A stretch of 63,627 bases of DNA, the filler included, from Octopus bimaculoides (taxonomy: Eukaryota), in the NCBI RefSeq assembly GCF_001194135.2. It is 6 parts of 6 records of this genome, joined end to end, with 100 filler letters (N's around TTAATTAATTAA, not from the genome) between each part and the next. Parts side by side here need not be neighbours in the genome. Positions count along the whole stretch, not along the records: positions 1 to 18,397 come from NC_069002.1; positions 18,498 to 40,691 come from NC_069005.1; 4 more parts are not named here. One strand, given 5' to 3'. The notes below the pieces were generated by a model. That model was not told the DNA's origin and ran no database searches. It saw only the letters and a list, made by a program, of their open reading frames with translations. Position 1 is the first letter of the stretch, and each line of letters opens with the position of its first letter. This document shows positions 14,889-26,890 of the stretch, one piece after another. A program made the translations under genes and the position numbers.

Positions 14889-15614
14889 CAAGTGACTTAG
14901 GCAAACCATTTCAGAGACAGAAGAGAGAGGACGAAATGAGAGAAAGAGAGAGGAAGTCAGACATACAGACAGATAGACAGAGAGACTGAGGCAAAAAGGA
15001 TTAATAAGATGATTTGGAAAAATTCTCCTTCATTATAAAAACACAAGAATACGGAATTAAAGACAGATCCAGAGGGAGAGAGAGAGTGAATGTTATAGTC
15101 ATATGCAGTGAGAAAATCAAGTGTTTGGAGGTGCCAAGCAGTGGAAAACACGGAAAAAAGAGTGTGAAATAGAGACAGGGAGAGATATGTAGACATGTCG
15201 AAAGAAAGGGCGTGTGATATAGAGAAGAGATAATAGCGTGAGTGAGACTGAGAAGTGGGGTTAGGAAAGAGTGAGGGGAGAGACAAGCCACATCATAAAA
15301 GCAACCAACAAGATGGCAACATTGAAAGTTGAGAAGATCGTCTGCTATCAATGAATTTTTCTTCAACCGCCATTAATATGGCGGTTTTAATGGCCGCTTA
15401 AGCAGCTCATTATTAACTTGACTGCGTGTTATTGTCACCGTTACCTCTAACGACATGACATACACGACTATAAGCGCCACTACAACAAAGACTACAACAA
15501 CAACAACAGCAACAATGGTAGCAAATACGACAACAATAAAAACATTTGCAGTCATAATAATTGTTTTTAATTTAGGCACAACGTCAGTAAATTTTGGCAG
15601 TGTGGAGGGTGAGG

Positions 15615-15967
15615 AGTTAGTCAATTACATCGACTCCAATATTTGACAGATACCTTATTTTATCGACCCTGAAGGAATAAAAGGCAAAATTGACCTCGGC
15701 TGGATTTGATCTCAGAACATAAAGAGCCGGAAGAAATACAGGAAAGCATTTTTCCGATGCTGTAATGATTAGACACAAGACCAGCAATTTTACAGAGTCA
15801 GTATTAGTTGATCATTGACTCCAGGATCATTGACTCCTGTATTTAAGAGGTACTTTATTTTATTTTATTGACCGTGGAAGGATAAAAACAAATTTGGCCT
15901 CGGCTGGATTTGAACTAGGAATGTAAAGAGCCAAAACAGACACTTCAAAGTTGTTTGTCCTAACTGC
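15615..15967 (-). mobile_element. Two adjacent decayed SINEs of the 30507 family
   Basis: Two copies of ggaataaaaggcaaaattgacctcggctggatttga..agaac, the reverse of the 30507 core. Confidence 0.7.
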
Positions 15968-16026
15968 AGACATAATAAAAATGATAGTAACGACAAAAAC
16001 AACAGCAACAACATGACGAACAACGA

Positions 16027-16061
<35 letters not shown>

Positions 16062-16354
16062 GCAGCAGCAGCAGCAACAACACCGACACAACCAGGTGGA
16101 ATGTACCCGGTCTCTAAACTTACTAGAAATACCAGCTAAAATCATTCTTCAAATTATACCCTGCAGACTCGGAAAAAAGGAAAGACATATTCAGTAATGG
16201 GATCCTGTGTTTTAAATTGACGGGATGGTCATATTTGGAATGTTATTTAATAAAACAAAGACGGGATGATAACGGTTGGAGTTCCTTTGGGCACAGATCT
16301 ACTGAATCAGGGTTGATTATAGGAAATTAACAACAATAACAACAACACTAACAG

Positions 16355-16770
16355 TCTTTGTCTTTGTGTTTGTCTTCTATTACTATTTACAACCGGTGTT
16401 AGTTTGTTTACTTAGCGGTTCGACAAAACGCGAAGGAATAAGCAATAGACTTTGAAAAAAAGTACTGGGATCAAGCAGGGGTTCTTGACCGGAGTCCTTT
16501 AGATCTTTGGAGTTTATGTACAATAAATTTCTTGTATTTCAACAATACTCAAAATATCTTAACAATTTTTTATACAATTCCTAATTAGATTTAATTGTGA
16601 AAATATAATAGGAGGTCAAATATGGAGTGGCTCTGAGGGTCCAGTAGAGTAAAATAGGATTCAAAGAAGTACTTGGGGAAAAAATGGTTGAGAAACACAG
16701 GACAGAACGCATCAATGCGATGCCCCAGTATAGCCGTAGTCCAATAACTGAAACAAGTAAAAGATTTTAA
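16355..16770 (+). mobile_element. SINE tail interrupted by a hAT-type MITE (16476-16700)
   Basis: SINE tail halves (acaaccggtgttag..aagtactggg / tgccccagta..actgaaacaagtaaaag) flank CAGGGGTTCTTGACC ... GGTTGAGAAACACAG. Confidence 0.65.
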
Positions 16771-17227
16771 AAATCACAAACTACTAAATGCAATTTGTGT
16801 GTCTAGCAAATGTTTGGAGAGACTTTTCTCGTTTCCATCCATTTACCGTTGCGAACAAAAGATTTGAGTGATATTTATAACCGCCGACATATTTTGTGCA
16901 AACGCGACAACTGAGAATATGTGATGTGTGCCGCTCTAAAACTATCTAGAACAGAAATACTTGCAAGGAAGGGCCAAACTCATACGTCTCCTTAAAAATG
17001 TAATTGCTTTTCTCTGTTGCTAAACGGTTAACGATTTAGGATGAAAAGAAAAAAAGATATGAAATATGTCTTTGAAGCGATGAACTGTTTCCCCCCATGT
17101 TGAATTTAGCTTAATTAATTTGTGTCTCGAGTTACGCCGTGCTGACGATTCCAAATGTGGATGAAATAGCACAATATACGGCGACCAACGACTAAAAACC
17201 TTTAAAAACTTTATTTCATTTTATGAA

Positions 17228-17840
17228 CTATTTTTATCTTTTACTTGTTTCGGTAATTAGACTGAGGCCATGCTGGGGCACAGCCTTGAAGAACTTTTAG
17301 TCGAATGAATCGACAGCAGAACTTATTTTTTCATTTTTTCNNNNNNNNNNNNNNNNNNNNNNNNNNNNNNNNNNNNNNNNNNNNNNNNNNNNNNNNNNNN
17401 NNNNNNNNNNNNNNNNNNNNNNNNNNNNNNNNNNNNNNNNNNNNNNNNNNNNNNNNNNNNNNNNNNNNNNNNNNNNNNNNNNNNNNNNNNNNNNNNNNNN
17501 NNNNNNNNNNNNNNNNNNNNNNNNNNNNNNNNNNNNNNNNNNNNNNNNNNNNNNNNNNNNNNNNNNNNNNNNNNNNNNNNNNNNNNNNNNNNNNNNNNNN
17601 NNNNNNNNNNNNNNNNNNNNNNNNNNNNNNNNNNNNNNNNNNNNNNNNNNNNNNNNNNNNNNNNNNNNNNNNNNNNNNNNNNNNNNNNNNNNNNNNNNNN
17701 NNNNNNNNNNNNNNNNNNNNNNNNNNTATATATACGACAGGCTTCATTCAGTTTCCGTCTATCAAATCCACTCACAAGACTTTGGCCAGCCCGAGGCTAT
17801 AGTAGAAGAACCAAGCTTTTTACCACACAGCCACACCTAA
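17228..17840 (-). mobile_element. Composite SINE split by an assembly gap at its internal microsatellite
   Basis: Reverse tail at 17228-17340 and reverse head at 17727-17840. Confidence 0.75.
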
Positions 17841-17936
17841 GAAAAAATAATTAAATTAAAAATTAAATATACATGTTCTTCAACTTAATTTAGCTTTACT
17901 TAGGAGAGATTATCTCTCCCTTCATGGTAAATCGAC

Positions 17937-17984
<48 letters not shown>

Positions 17985-18204
17985 TAAAGGGGGGAAATTG
18001 TTGAATTGTTGTTGCTGTTTATCCAGAGTCCTATGATTTTAGACGTTCCAACTATGTCTCTCCCGCGTTAGCTGTTGTTTTGTTTAGGTGGTCAATTGAC
18101 GACAAAGACTCTTCTACGTTGGTCAGAGACAGATATGCAGGTGACAGATGAAGAGGTGCGAGGATGGTAAAGACGGAAAGAAAAAGTGTAAGACACAGAG
18201 AGAG

Positions 18205-18316
18205 ACGAGGAGGAGGAGGAGGAGGAGGAGAAATGAGGTGGAGGAGAAAGGAGGAGGAGGAGGAGGAGAAGAAGAAGAAGAAGAAGAAGAAGAAGAAGAA
18301 GAAGAAGAAGAAGAAG

Positions 18317-18348
<32 letters not shown>

Positions 18349-18397
18349 GAACAAGCACAAGAAGAAAAACAAGAAGAACAAGAAAAACAAGAAGAAG
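18205..18397. repeat. (GGA)n(GAA)n(CAA)n compound microsatellite
   Basis: Seen directly in the sequence. Confidence 0.97.
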
Positions 18398-18441
18398 NNN
18401 NNNNNNNNNNNNNNNNNNNNNNNNNNNNNNNNNNNNNNNNN

Positions 18442-18453
18442 TTAATTAATTAA
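18442..18453. other. Artificial six-frame-stop linker inside a 44N+12+44N gap
   Basis: TTAATTAATTAA, palindromic, with stops in all six frames. Confidence 0.95.
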
Positions 18454-18497
18454 NNNNNNNNNNNNNNNNNNNNNNNNNNNNNNNNNNNNNNNNNNNN

Positions 18498-18690
18498 GGG
18501 TGACACGTAAAAGCACCCACTACACTCTCTGAGTGGTTGGCGTTAGGAAGGGCATCCAGCTGTAGAAACTCTGCCAAATTAGATTGGAGCCTGGTGTTGC
18601 CATCCGGTTTCACCAGTCCTCAGTCAAATCGTCCAACCCATGCTAGCATGGAAGGCGGACGTTAAACGATGATGATGATGATGATGATGA
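18498..18690 (+). mobile_element. RTE LINE 3' terminal fragment
   Basis: Nearly identical to 21880-22057 and ends in (GAT)n. Confidence 0.85.
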
Positions 18691-18959
18691 TATATATATG
18701 TCTGTACGTATTGTCGTTTAATGTCCGCTTTCCATGCTAGGCTATATATACTAATTAATAACAGTTTGATTCAGCTCCATGCAACTTCAAAGGCTCAAAT
18801 GAACCTATCTTGTCAGGTGTATAGAAATCAACAGACAACATTGATTTGGCAATGGTGTGAATTGTTATTACACCAAATATGTAATTCCAGCCAAATGTTT
18901 TGAGTGTCACTTTCTTTCATTTGTCCACCGTCTACTCATTCATGTTTGTGTGTGTGTGT

Positions 18960-19640
18960 GTATCATCCTCAGTATTGTTTCACGTCCCCCTTCCATGCTG
19001 GCATGGGTTGGACAGTTTGACAGGAGCTGGCCAGGAAGGAGCCTGCACCAGACTTCTGAGTCTGTTTTGACATGGTTTTTATGGCTGGATGCCCTTCCTA
19101 ACACCAACCACTCCATAGAGTGGGCTGAGTGCTTTCAACGTGGCACTCACACAGGCGAGGTCAGTTTTGACATGGTTTTTACGGCTGGATGCCCTTCCAA
19201 ATGCTAACCACTTTACCGTGTGGACTGGATGCTTTTTATGTGGCACCTGCACTGGTGGAGTCACTAAGTGACATTGCAAGACAAAAAGTCTTTGAGAGGG
19301 GAGGAGGCACTGGAGGATGTGATTTTGTGACAGAGAGGCAGTAACAGATGTCTTGCTGTAAAGGAGGTGCATGGTTACCCAGCCAGGAAAGGGAGAGTGA
19401 GAGGAAGAGAAAGAGAGTGAGAGTTAACAGGAATGAGAGCAGAAACAGTTACCTAGAGAGAGAGAGTGGGAGTTAACAAGAGATGTGCTGCTTTAAAGGA
19501 GATACGTGATTACTCAGTCAGAGGGGAGAGCAAGGGAAAGAGAGAGAGAGAGAGTAGGAGACAACAAGAGCAGGAGAAGGGAGACGGTAAGAGCCAGGGT
19601 ATACTTGCAAGGAACAGGGATCAGAGAATAGAGTAAGGAA
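18960..19640 (-). mobile_element. RTE 3'UTR-type repeat with duplicated subunit
   Basis: Two copies of gacatggtttttayggctggatgcccttcc followed by a purine-rich stretch. Confidence 0.7.
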
Positions 19641-19657
19641 GAGGGAGATGAATTGTG

Positions 19658-19845
19658 ATATATAAGAAACAAGTTAAAAATAACGGTCATTACATGTTTT
19701 TCCTTTATTGGAACAAATTTGGCTTACAGACGTTTCCAGTAGTCATTACAACTATAATGATTACTGGAAACTTCTGTAAACCAAATTTGCTCCAATAAAG
19801 GAAGAATATGTAATGACCGTTATTTTTAACTTGTTTCTTATATAT
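19658..19845. repeat. 188-bp near-perfect palindrome (probable foldback MITE)
   Basis: 91-bp arms (19658-19748 / 19755-19845), 6-nt loop, 6 mismatches by hand count, TA-rich outer ends. Confidence 0.92.
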
Positions 19846-20304
19846 TACTCTGTGTAAAAACCAGTTTGTCTGAGCCCATCCACAGATTTACAATATAGAA
19901 TTGTGATGAACCATAACCTTGAACTCTACCAAAAGATTACCTGGAGTTCTTCACTAATCTAAGTAATATTGTTAGCCTGGTGTGCAAACAGAGAGCTTAC
20001 GAAGTATTCTGCCCCGATTGATAATCCCTCACTATTCTGTCTGTCTGTATGTATGTGTGTATGCATTCATGCATGCATGTATGTAAAAGCAAACTTTGTT
20101 TGTTTGTTTACGTTCATCGTAATTTGAATTTAATATATATATATATATAAATATATGTAAAAGTTTTTGTTTGTACCCCCACTGTTGCTTGACAACGGAT
20201 GTTGGTATGTTTACATCCCTATAACTTAGCGGTTTGACAAAAGAAATCAATAGAATAAGCGCTAGGTTTACAAAGAATAAGTCCTGGGGTCGATTTCTTT
20301 GAAA

Positions 20305-20857
20305 TGGCGATGTTATGCCTCCATTCATCTTCCCACATGGCCTCAGACTCAACATGGAAGCCTACATCAAGTGCCTGGAGGAGGTAGTGCTGCTCTGAGT
20401 CAAGAGTGTGGCTGCTGGAAGACCTTATGTCTGGTGACAGGATTCTGCACCATGCCACACAAGCAGGAGAACCCAGTTATGGCTGTCAGACAATTTCTGC
20501 AACCACACCACCCCCTAACATCTGGCCATCTAACTCCCCAGACTGCAACCCCTTTGATCATTCTGTGTGGGGTGCAATTCAGTGAGAGACCAATAAAACT
20601 CCTTGTAACACCAAAGATGAACTGAAGACAGCATTCACCAACTTCAACAAGGAGACCATCCAGAAGAGTTGCAGGAGATTCTGAAGTCGTCTGGAGGCCG
20701 AAGTTGAAGCCAATGGCGAGTTTATTGAATCAATTTATTCTGTAGTATTTCAAGATATTTTTATGTAATCTTGGTAAACATATCTGTTAAAATGAGATGT
20801 CAGTGTTATTTTCATTTTTGCATAATTTAGATGACAATATATTCACCACACCCTGTA
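20305..20857 (+). mobile_element. Tc1/mariner DD37D (maT-type) 3' fragment
   Basis: VMPPFIFPHGLRLN.EAYIKCLEEVV..DSAPCHTSRRTQ..WPSNSPDCNP.D, and right end attcaccacaccctgTA. Confidence 0.88.
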
Positions 20858-20884
20858 TATATATTATATACACACACACACACC

Positions 20885-21084
20885 TCTGTCTGTTCCCCAC
20901 CACTATTTGACAACCAAGGTTAGTGTGTTTATGTGCCCATAATCTAGTGGTTCAGTAAAGACAATGATATAATAAGTGCCAGATTTTACCAAAATATAAG
21001 TACTGGGGTCGATAAGTTCAAATAAAATCCTTCAAGATGATGCTCCAGCATGACTGTACTCTAATGAAGAAAACAAGATAAAAG
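20885..21084 (+). mobile_element. Composite SINE 3' half
   Basis: tttgacaacc..gtactggggtcgat..tgctccagcatgactg..aaacaagataaaag. Confidence 0.7.
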
Positions 21085-22057
21085 ATGAGAGAAAAGTTGG
21101 ACCTAAGAAGCATCAGATGTGGTGTGCAAGAGAGACAATTGCGCTGGTATGGTCATGTGGCAAGAATGGATGAGGATAGCTGTGTGAAAAAGTGCCACAC
21201 CCTAGCGGTTGAGGGAACCCGTGGAAGAGGTAGACCCAGGAAGACCTGGGATGAGGTGGTGAAGCATGACCTTTGAACATTAGGTCTCACTGAGGCAATG
21301 ACTAGCAACCGGAACCTTTGGAAATATGCAGTGCATGAGAAGACCCAGCAAGCCAGGTGAGACAATAACCTGTGGCCTCTGCCAGGAGTGTAGCCAGCTC
21401 ACTTATTCGTCTCTTTACATCACTGGACATTAAACTCTGCTTGTGAAGATCTGTTGAGGCAAGTGAAATCGAAATTGAACCAAATTCGACGACTGGCACC
21501 CATGCCAACCTCTCCTTCATTGGACACTAAACTCGGCTTGTGAAGATCTGTTGGGGCAAGTGAAATCGAAATCGTAATTGAACCATATTCGATGACTGGC
21601 ACCTGTACCAGTGGAGCACTAACAGCACCATCTGAGCGTGATCATTGCCAGAGCAGCTGTCTGGCTTCCGTGCCAGTGACACGTAAAAAGCACCATTTGA
21701 GTGTGATCGTTACCAGCGTCACCTTACTGGCACTGTGCCAGTGGCATGTTAGAAAACATTCAAATGAGAACGTTGCCAGTGCTACTGGACTGGCTCCTGT
21801 GCAGGTGGCACGTAAAAAACACCATTTTGAGCGTGGCCGTTGCCAGTACCACCTGACTGGCCCTCGTGCCAATGGCACGTAGAAGCACCCACTACACTCT
21901 CGGTGTAGTTGGCGTTAGGAAGGGCATCCAGCTGTAGAAACTCTGCCAGATCAGATTGGAGCCTGGTGCAGTCAGTCATCCAGTTCACCAGTCCTCAGTC
22001 AAATCCTCCAACCCATGCTAGCATGGAAAGCGGACGTTAAACGATGATGATGATGAT
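21085..22057 (+). mobile_element. RTE-clade LINE, 5'-truncated (ORF2 C-terminus + complete 3'UTR)
   Basis: QERQLRWYGHVARMDEDSCVKKC..VEGTRGRGRPRKTWDEVVKHDL. The 3'UTR has internal tandem subrepeats and a (GAT)n tail. Confidence 0.92.
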
Positions 22058-22088
22058 ATATGTCTATCTATCTATCTATCTATCTATC

Positions 22089-22119
<31 letters not shown>

Positions 22120-22214
22120 GCATACACACACACACACATAGGCTAATCTTTCAGCTAAGTCTGATGTAATGAGTGAACGTGTGATATTGCTTCATCTGCT
22201 CGACAGAAAACGAA

Positions 22215-22450
22215 GGTGCCACATAAAAAGCATTGGCGTGAAAGCAGGTGCCACGTAGAAATCACCCAGTACACTCTAAAAAGTGGTTGGCTTTAGGAAG
22301 GGCATCCAGCTATAGAAACCAAGCCAAAACAGACGATGGCACCTGCTGCGGCCCCTGACCTTTCCGGTTTCTGTCAAGCCACGCAATCCATACTAGCAAG
22401 GAAAATGAACATTAAATGACGATGATGATGACGCTGGTGATGATGATGAT
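22215..22450 (+). mobile_element. Decayed RTE-tail repeat
   Basis: gtggttggctttaggaagggcatccagctatagaaac..catactagc..acattaaatgacgatgat. Confidence 0.7.
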
Positions 22451-23464
22451 GTTGATGATGACGAAGACGACGACGCCGACGAAAACGATGATATCGTCCG
22501 ATTTTGTTTCTTCGTTACTTTCTGAAAATGAATATTTCTAAATGAAATTTTGCAGAAATACGTTTTCGAGAATGTAAATAAGAATCATGTTGATAAAATT
22601 TAGAAAAGAATTCTTCTGAAGGAGTTTCGTCTCTCCTCTCTTCTATCCCGATTTTGTTGTCACTAATTTACGTAACTTTAGCATTTTTGACATTTGAAAC
22701 ATCAAACATTAAGTTATCTACACTTTCGAAAATGCATTCTGCAAAATGTAATTTTAAAATATACATTTGAAGAATTATGAATAAACAAAGTCAGGAAGGT
22801 AGAGAGAAAGATCTGCTATCGATATAATCCTAAGACCCACTTTTGAAAACAGCTCTGTAAAATTTAATTTCAACCTATGTATTTTCCAAAAGTCCTGCAG
22901 AAACAAATTCGTTCCATAGATTTATAACGACGAACTCAAGGATTTAAAAGAAAAACACTTCAAAATCTGAACAACGCGACGATTGTCTCCCCTTATTATT
23001 TTCGGTGTCAACGAAAGGCAGTAAGTACCTAAAATATATTCCGTATCTTCCCACACATTTATTATCAAAGATCGTTCAAAGAATTTAAGAACCCCATTAT
23101 TTACGTTAAATGTAAATGTCTCTCTCTCTCTACATATATATATTTATTTATCCAACTTCCACTGCGCGATATTTTCCATGGCGAAATGTAAATCTTAAAT
23201 AGTAAAGAAAACCACTTTGAATCGCATGTGAAAAAATAAGTCACGATGAAACAAATAATACTCTACCAGTTTAGTTCACAAAATAGACCCAGTACTTAAA
23301 TGTATTATGTTCGAAATGTTAGCGCCAAGCATAGTTTAGGCATAATCAAAATTTAGGTTAGTTAAAATGAGTGTAGGACAAAAGCCCCATAGTTCAAGTG
23401 TGAAAGTGGACAGAAGCCCCAGGGTTATATTTTTCGATTATTTTTTCTTTTTTTTTTTCCACCT

Positions 23465-24830
23465 TTAACTTGTTTCAGACTGAGGCCATGCTGGGGCACC
23501 ACCTTGAAGAATTTTTAGTCGAATCTAACGACCCCAGAATTATTTGAAATGATTTTCAACCAGCACACGAACTTAAACCTAGAAAATAACTCCAAATGCT
23601 TGAAATAACCCAAATCTCTTGAAATTTTTTTTATAACCAACTCGGTTTTTTTCTTTTTTCTAAAAATCTTTTAACTTGTTTCAGTTATTGGACTGTAGCC
23701 ATAGTGGGATACCAGCTTGAAGAATTTTTGGTAGCAGAAAAATCTGCATTTTAAAATGTATATTTAAAGTCTTTTGTTTTCTTCTCTCAATACTTAGAGA
23801 TTGATGAGAATAAGTTGACCTTTTGAACTTTCTCCGGCCGTTGAAGGTCTAACAGAATTATAGCGCTGATGGCCAGTCATTCAAACGTACTTTTTATCGT
23901 TTTTATTCTTTCTACATGTTTCTTGAAGTAAATGCTTTCCCTTTTGTTAGAATTCAGATAATATGTACATTGAGTAGTAAAGAGTCTTGTGTTTCGTTAT
24001 TCTATTATTGATGTTAAGGTTGATTTATTTTCATTTTCAAACTTATAAATTATTCTAAAGCCGAGGAAAATAATTGAAACACAAGGAACATACCATTATG
24101 AGGGACATAGATGTTTTGACACCGTTTTTCGATTGAATATATTTTGTTTACTTAAAAATTGGAATTTTGGAAAATAATATTGTTTTTACAACAATTTCCG
24201 TTTTTGTTTACGTGAAATTATTTTTTTTTAAATTGTATGATTTGGTTGTTATTTTTAGTATGTGGAGAGACCTTCTAGGCTTAACTTTGTACTGGTTGAA
24301 AATCACCTAAAAATGATTTGGGGTCGATACATTCAACTAAAAATTCTTCAAGGTGGTGCCCCAGCATGACTGCAGTCCAGGGACTGAAACAAGTAAAAAG
24401 ATTTTTAGAAAATAAAAAAAAACGAAAAATAACCAAAAAAAATATTTTAAAAAGGTGGGGTTATAAAAAAATTTCAAGAGATTTGGCTGTTATTTCAAGC
24501 ATGTCGAGAGACCTATGCTTAATTTCATGCGCCAGTTGAAAATCATCTAAAGAAAATTCTAGGGTCGATACAATCAACTAAAAATTCCTCAAGGTGGTGC
24601 CCCAGCATGGCCAAAGTCTAATGACTGTAACAAGTAAAAAGAAAAACAAAAATGAATTATATCACAGAAGTGGTTTTGATCAAGCTTAAAAAAAATTCTG
24701 GGTTGCATACAGCCATCTAAAAATTCTTCAGGGTGGTGCCCCAGCATGGCTGGCCACAGTCTAATAACTGCAACATGTAAAAAAGAAAAAAAGTTCTGGG
24801 GTCGATACATTCAACCAAAAATTCTAAAAA
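23465..24830. repeat. Inverted cluster of SINE-tail + spacer units
   Basis: Two reverse units (23465-23725) and four forward units (24260-24830) share aaaattcttcaaggtggtgccccagcatg. 23545-23640 is the reverse complement of ~24455-24560. Confidence 0.75.
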
Positions 24831-25519
24831 CGAATAATATAACCATGGGGCTTTTGACTGGATCCCAGTTAAAATATGCATGTTTGTGACATTTCAACTG
24901 CTACATGGCAAATTCACATGGAGTTACTAACAAAGTTACAAGCAAAAATAAAGTTGATTCGTAAAAATAAGAAAATGAATCTCACACTGTGCTACAGATA
25001 AGAGCTTAATATTAATGTCATGTAAATGACATCTAATTAAGTAAGATCGAAGTATTAAATAAATATGAATGTTTTATTTTGTTTGAAACTGTTAGTGAAG
25101 AGAATATGAGTTGAAACTATGGAAATAAAATCATTCTTATGACACATAGAGAAAGTGAGGTGGCCACAGAAAATCCACACATTGAAAAATCTGAACTGCA
25201 ATAGATGTAGTGATAAAGAAATGATTTTAAGACTTGCAATAAGCTCCAGTTTACATATTAGATCTGTGTCCATCATAGTCTCGGTGATTCTGAATATTGT
25301 CAGGTCAGTAACTACCTCAGGATATTCGATGTTTTGGGTTTTAACTATCAGGAGCATAAATAATAGAGATTATAGGAAGCTTTCAACATCTGAGTATCCT
25401 GCATACAATTGGCCACAAGTTAAGGAGGATTCCTCAAAAGGCAGTCCAGCAGCTGATATGGTTACTGACTGACATGATAAAGCTAAGTGTGTTCTAGAAA
25501 CAGAAGTTTCATGCCAACT

Positions 25520-25781
25520 TCACTAGCATTAGTGGCATGAAAAAGCACCCAGTGTGGTTGAGAAGCTTGCTTCCTGGCCATGTGGCCTGAAGTAAAGTTC
25601 CATTGCATGGCACATAGAGCAAGTATCTTCTACTATAGCCTTGGACAAGGAAAGTCTTATAAGTGAAAAACCATACCAAAGCTGACATTGGAGTAAGACG
25701 CAGCTCTATAGCTAGCCTGACATTGTTAAACTGTCCAACCCATACTAGCATAGGAAATGGACATTAAACGATGATGATGAC
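25520..25781 (+). mobile_element. SINE/RTE-tail chimera nested in the Helitron
   Basis: SINE head remnant (gcaagtatcttctactatagcc) plus tail ccaacccatactagcat..ggacattaaacgatgatgat. Confidence 0.65.
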
Positions 25782-26139
25782 AATCTAATGTTATGACTGG
25801 AGTTCTAAGTGTACTTGCATCCCTTCCTTTAATATACCCAGTTAAGAATGGTATTATTGGATGACATGGAGCATAAACTTCTCAACCATTGCATAACTGC
25901 AGCTGATATAAATTACACAACAGCATTATTGGGCTTTTTTCTTTTAAGCTTAAGTCTGTCTGGATGTTGACCTGAAGATTCCATTGGATTTTTTAAATTC
26001 TGCAGGACAGTGAACTATTTCTTCCTAATCCAAAACAGTATTTACTGATTTGTAGCTATTTCCTAGAAATAGTTGGGACAACTGCAGTTGATGCCATATG
26101 CCCTAACATTTCTTTTTCGGAAAAGTACTTTTGTGTTTG

Positions 26140-26361
26140 TTAACCTTTTGAGAGAACAATCTACCTGACACTGCCTCTGGTTCTATAATACAAATTTATT
26201 GTTTTAAAGTGATCTAAATTAAAACCTTACATGAAGATTTCATATTAATTTATATTCCAAACACCAGCTTAATAATAAAGTTATTTTAGTAAATTATTTA
26301 TTTTGAAAATTAATTGAAGCAAAGCAGTGGATTTCAACAGAAATATGCTAAGAAAGTGTTA
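26140..26361. mobile_element. Second piggyBac-like MITE family (decayed), inserted in the Helitron
   Basis: Starts TTAACCTTTTG, ends AAAGTGTTAG, AT-rich body, interrupts the helicase homology. Confidence 0.55.
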
Positions 26362-26890
26362 GCCCTTTAGTGTTCAGATTACTCTTAAATATAATGCTAT
26401 TTTACCAAATTGTTTTGAATTCATCATCATTTAACATCCTCCTTCCATGCTGGCATGGGTTAGACGGTTTGACAGGAGCTGACCATGCTTCTGTGTCTGT
26501 TTTGGCATTGTTTTTACGGCTGGATGCCCTTCCTAACACCAACCACTCCATAGAGTGGACTCAGTGCTTTTTATGTGGCACCAGCACAGGTGAGGTCAAT
26601 TTTGGCGAGGTTTTTACAACTGGATGCCTTTCCGAATGCCAACCATTTTACATTTTGGACTGGATACTTTTTAAGTGGCACCTGCACTGGTGGGGTCACC
26701 AAGTGACTTTGCAAGACAAGGAGTCTTTGAGAGGGGAGGGGGCATTGGAGGTGGTGATTTATCAAGCATTATATTGTAGCTTTGAGATTTATTTTTAGAA
26801 TCACACTGAAGGGTAGGTGTGAGAGGCTAGATATGGCCAATTTGAATGTAAAACATAGAATATTTGGGCTGGATATGACCAGTTTAAATA
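26359..26890. mobile_element. Copy of the 28420 MITE family interrupted by an RTE-tail repeat
   Basis: TTAGCCCTTTAG start. The 3' part (ttttagaat..gggtgtgagaggctagatatggcc..gaatatttgggctggatatg) matches 28530-28615. Confidence 0.65.
26422..26765 (-). mobile_element. RTE LINE 3'UTR-type repeat nested in the MITE
   Basis: Reverse of the (GAT)n-ended tail: catcatcatttaacatcc..ccatgctggcatggg..ggatgcccttcctaacacc. Similar to 18960-19300. Confidence 0.75.

Noticed and set aside
25155-25500. Apparent last exon of a host gene (THLALSCQ..GQLYAGYSDVESFL*) and the antisense 105-aa ORF
   Set aside because: It is the decayed C-terminal motif of the Helitron PIF1 helicase.
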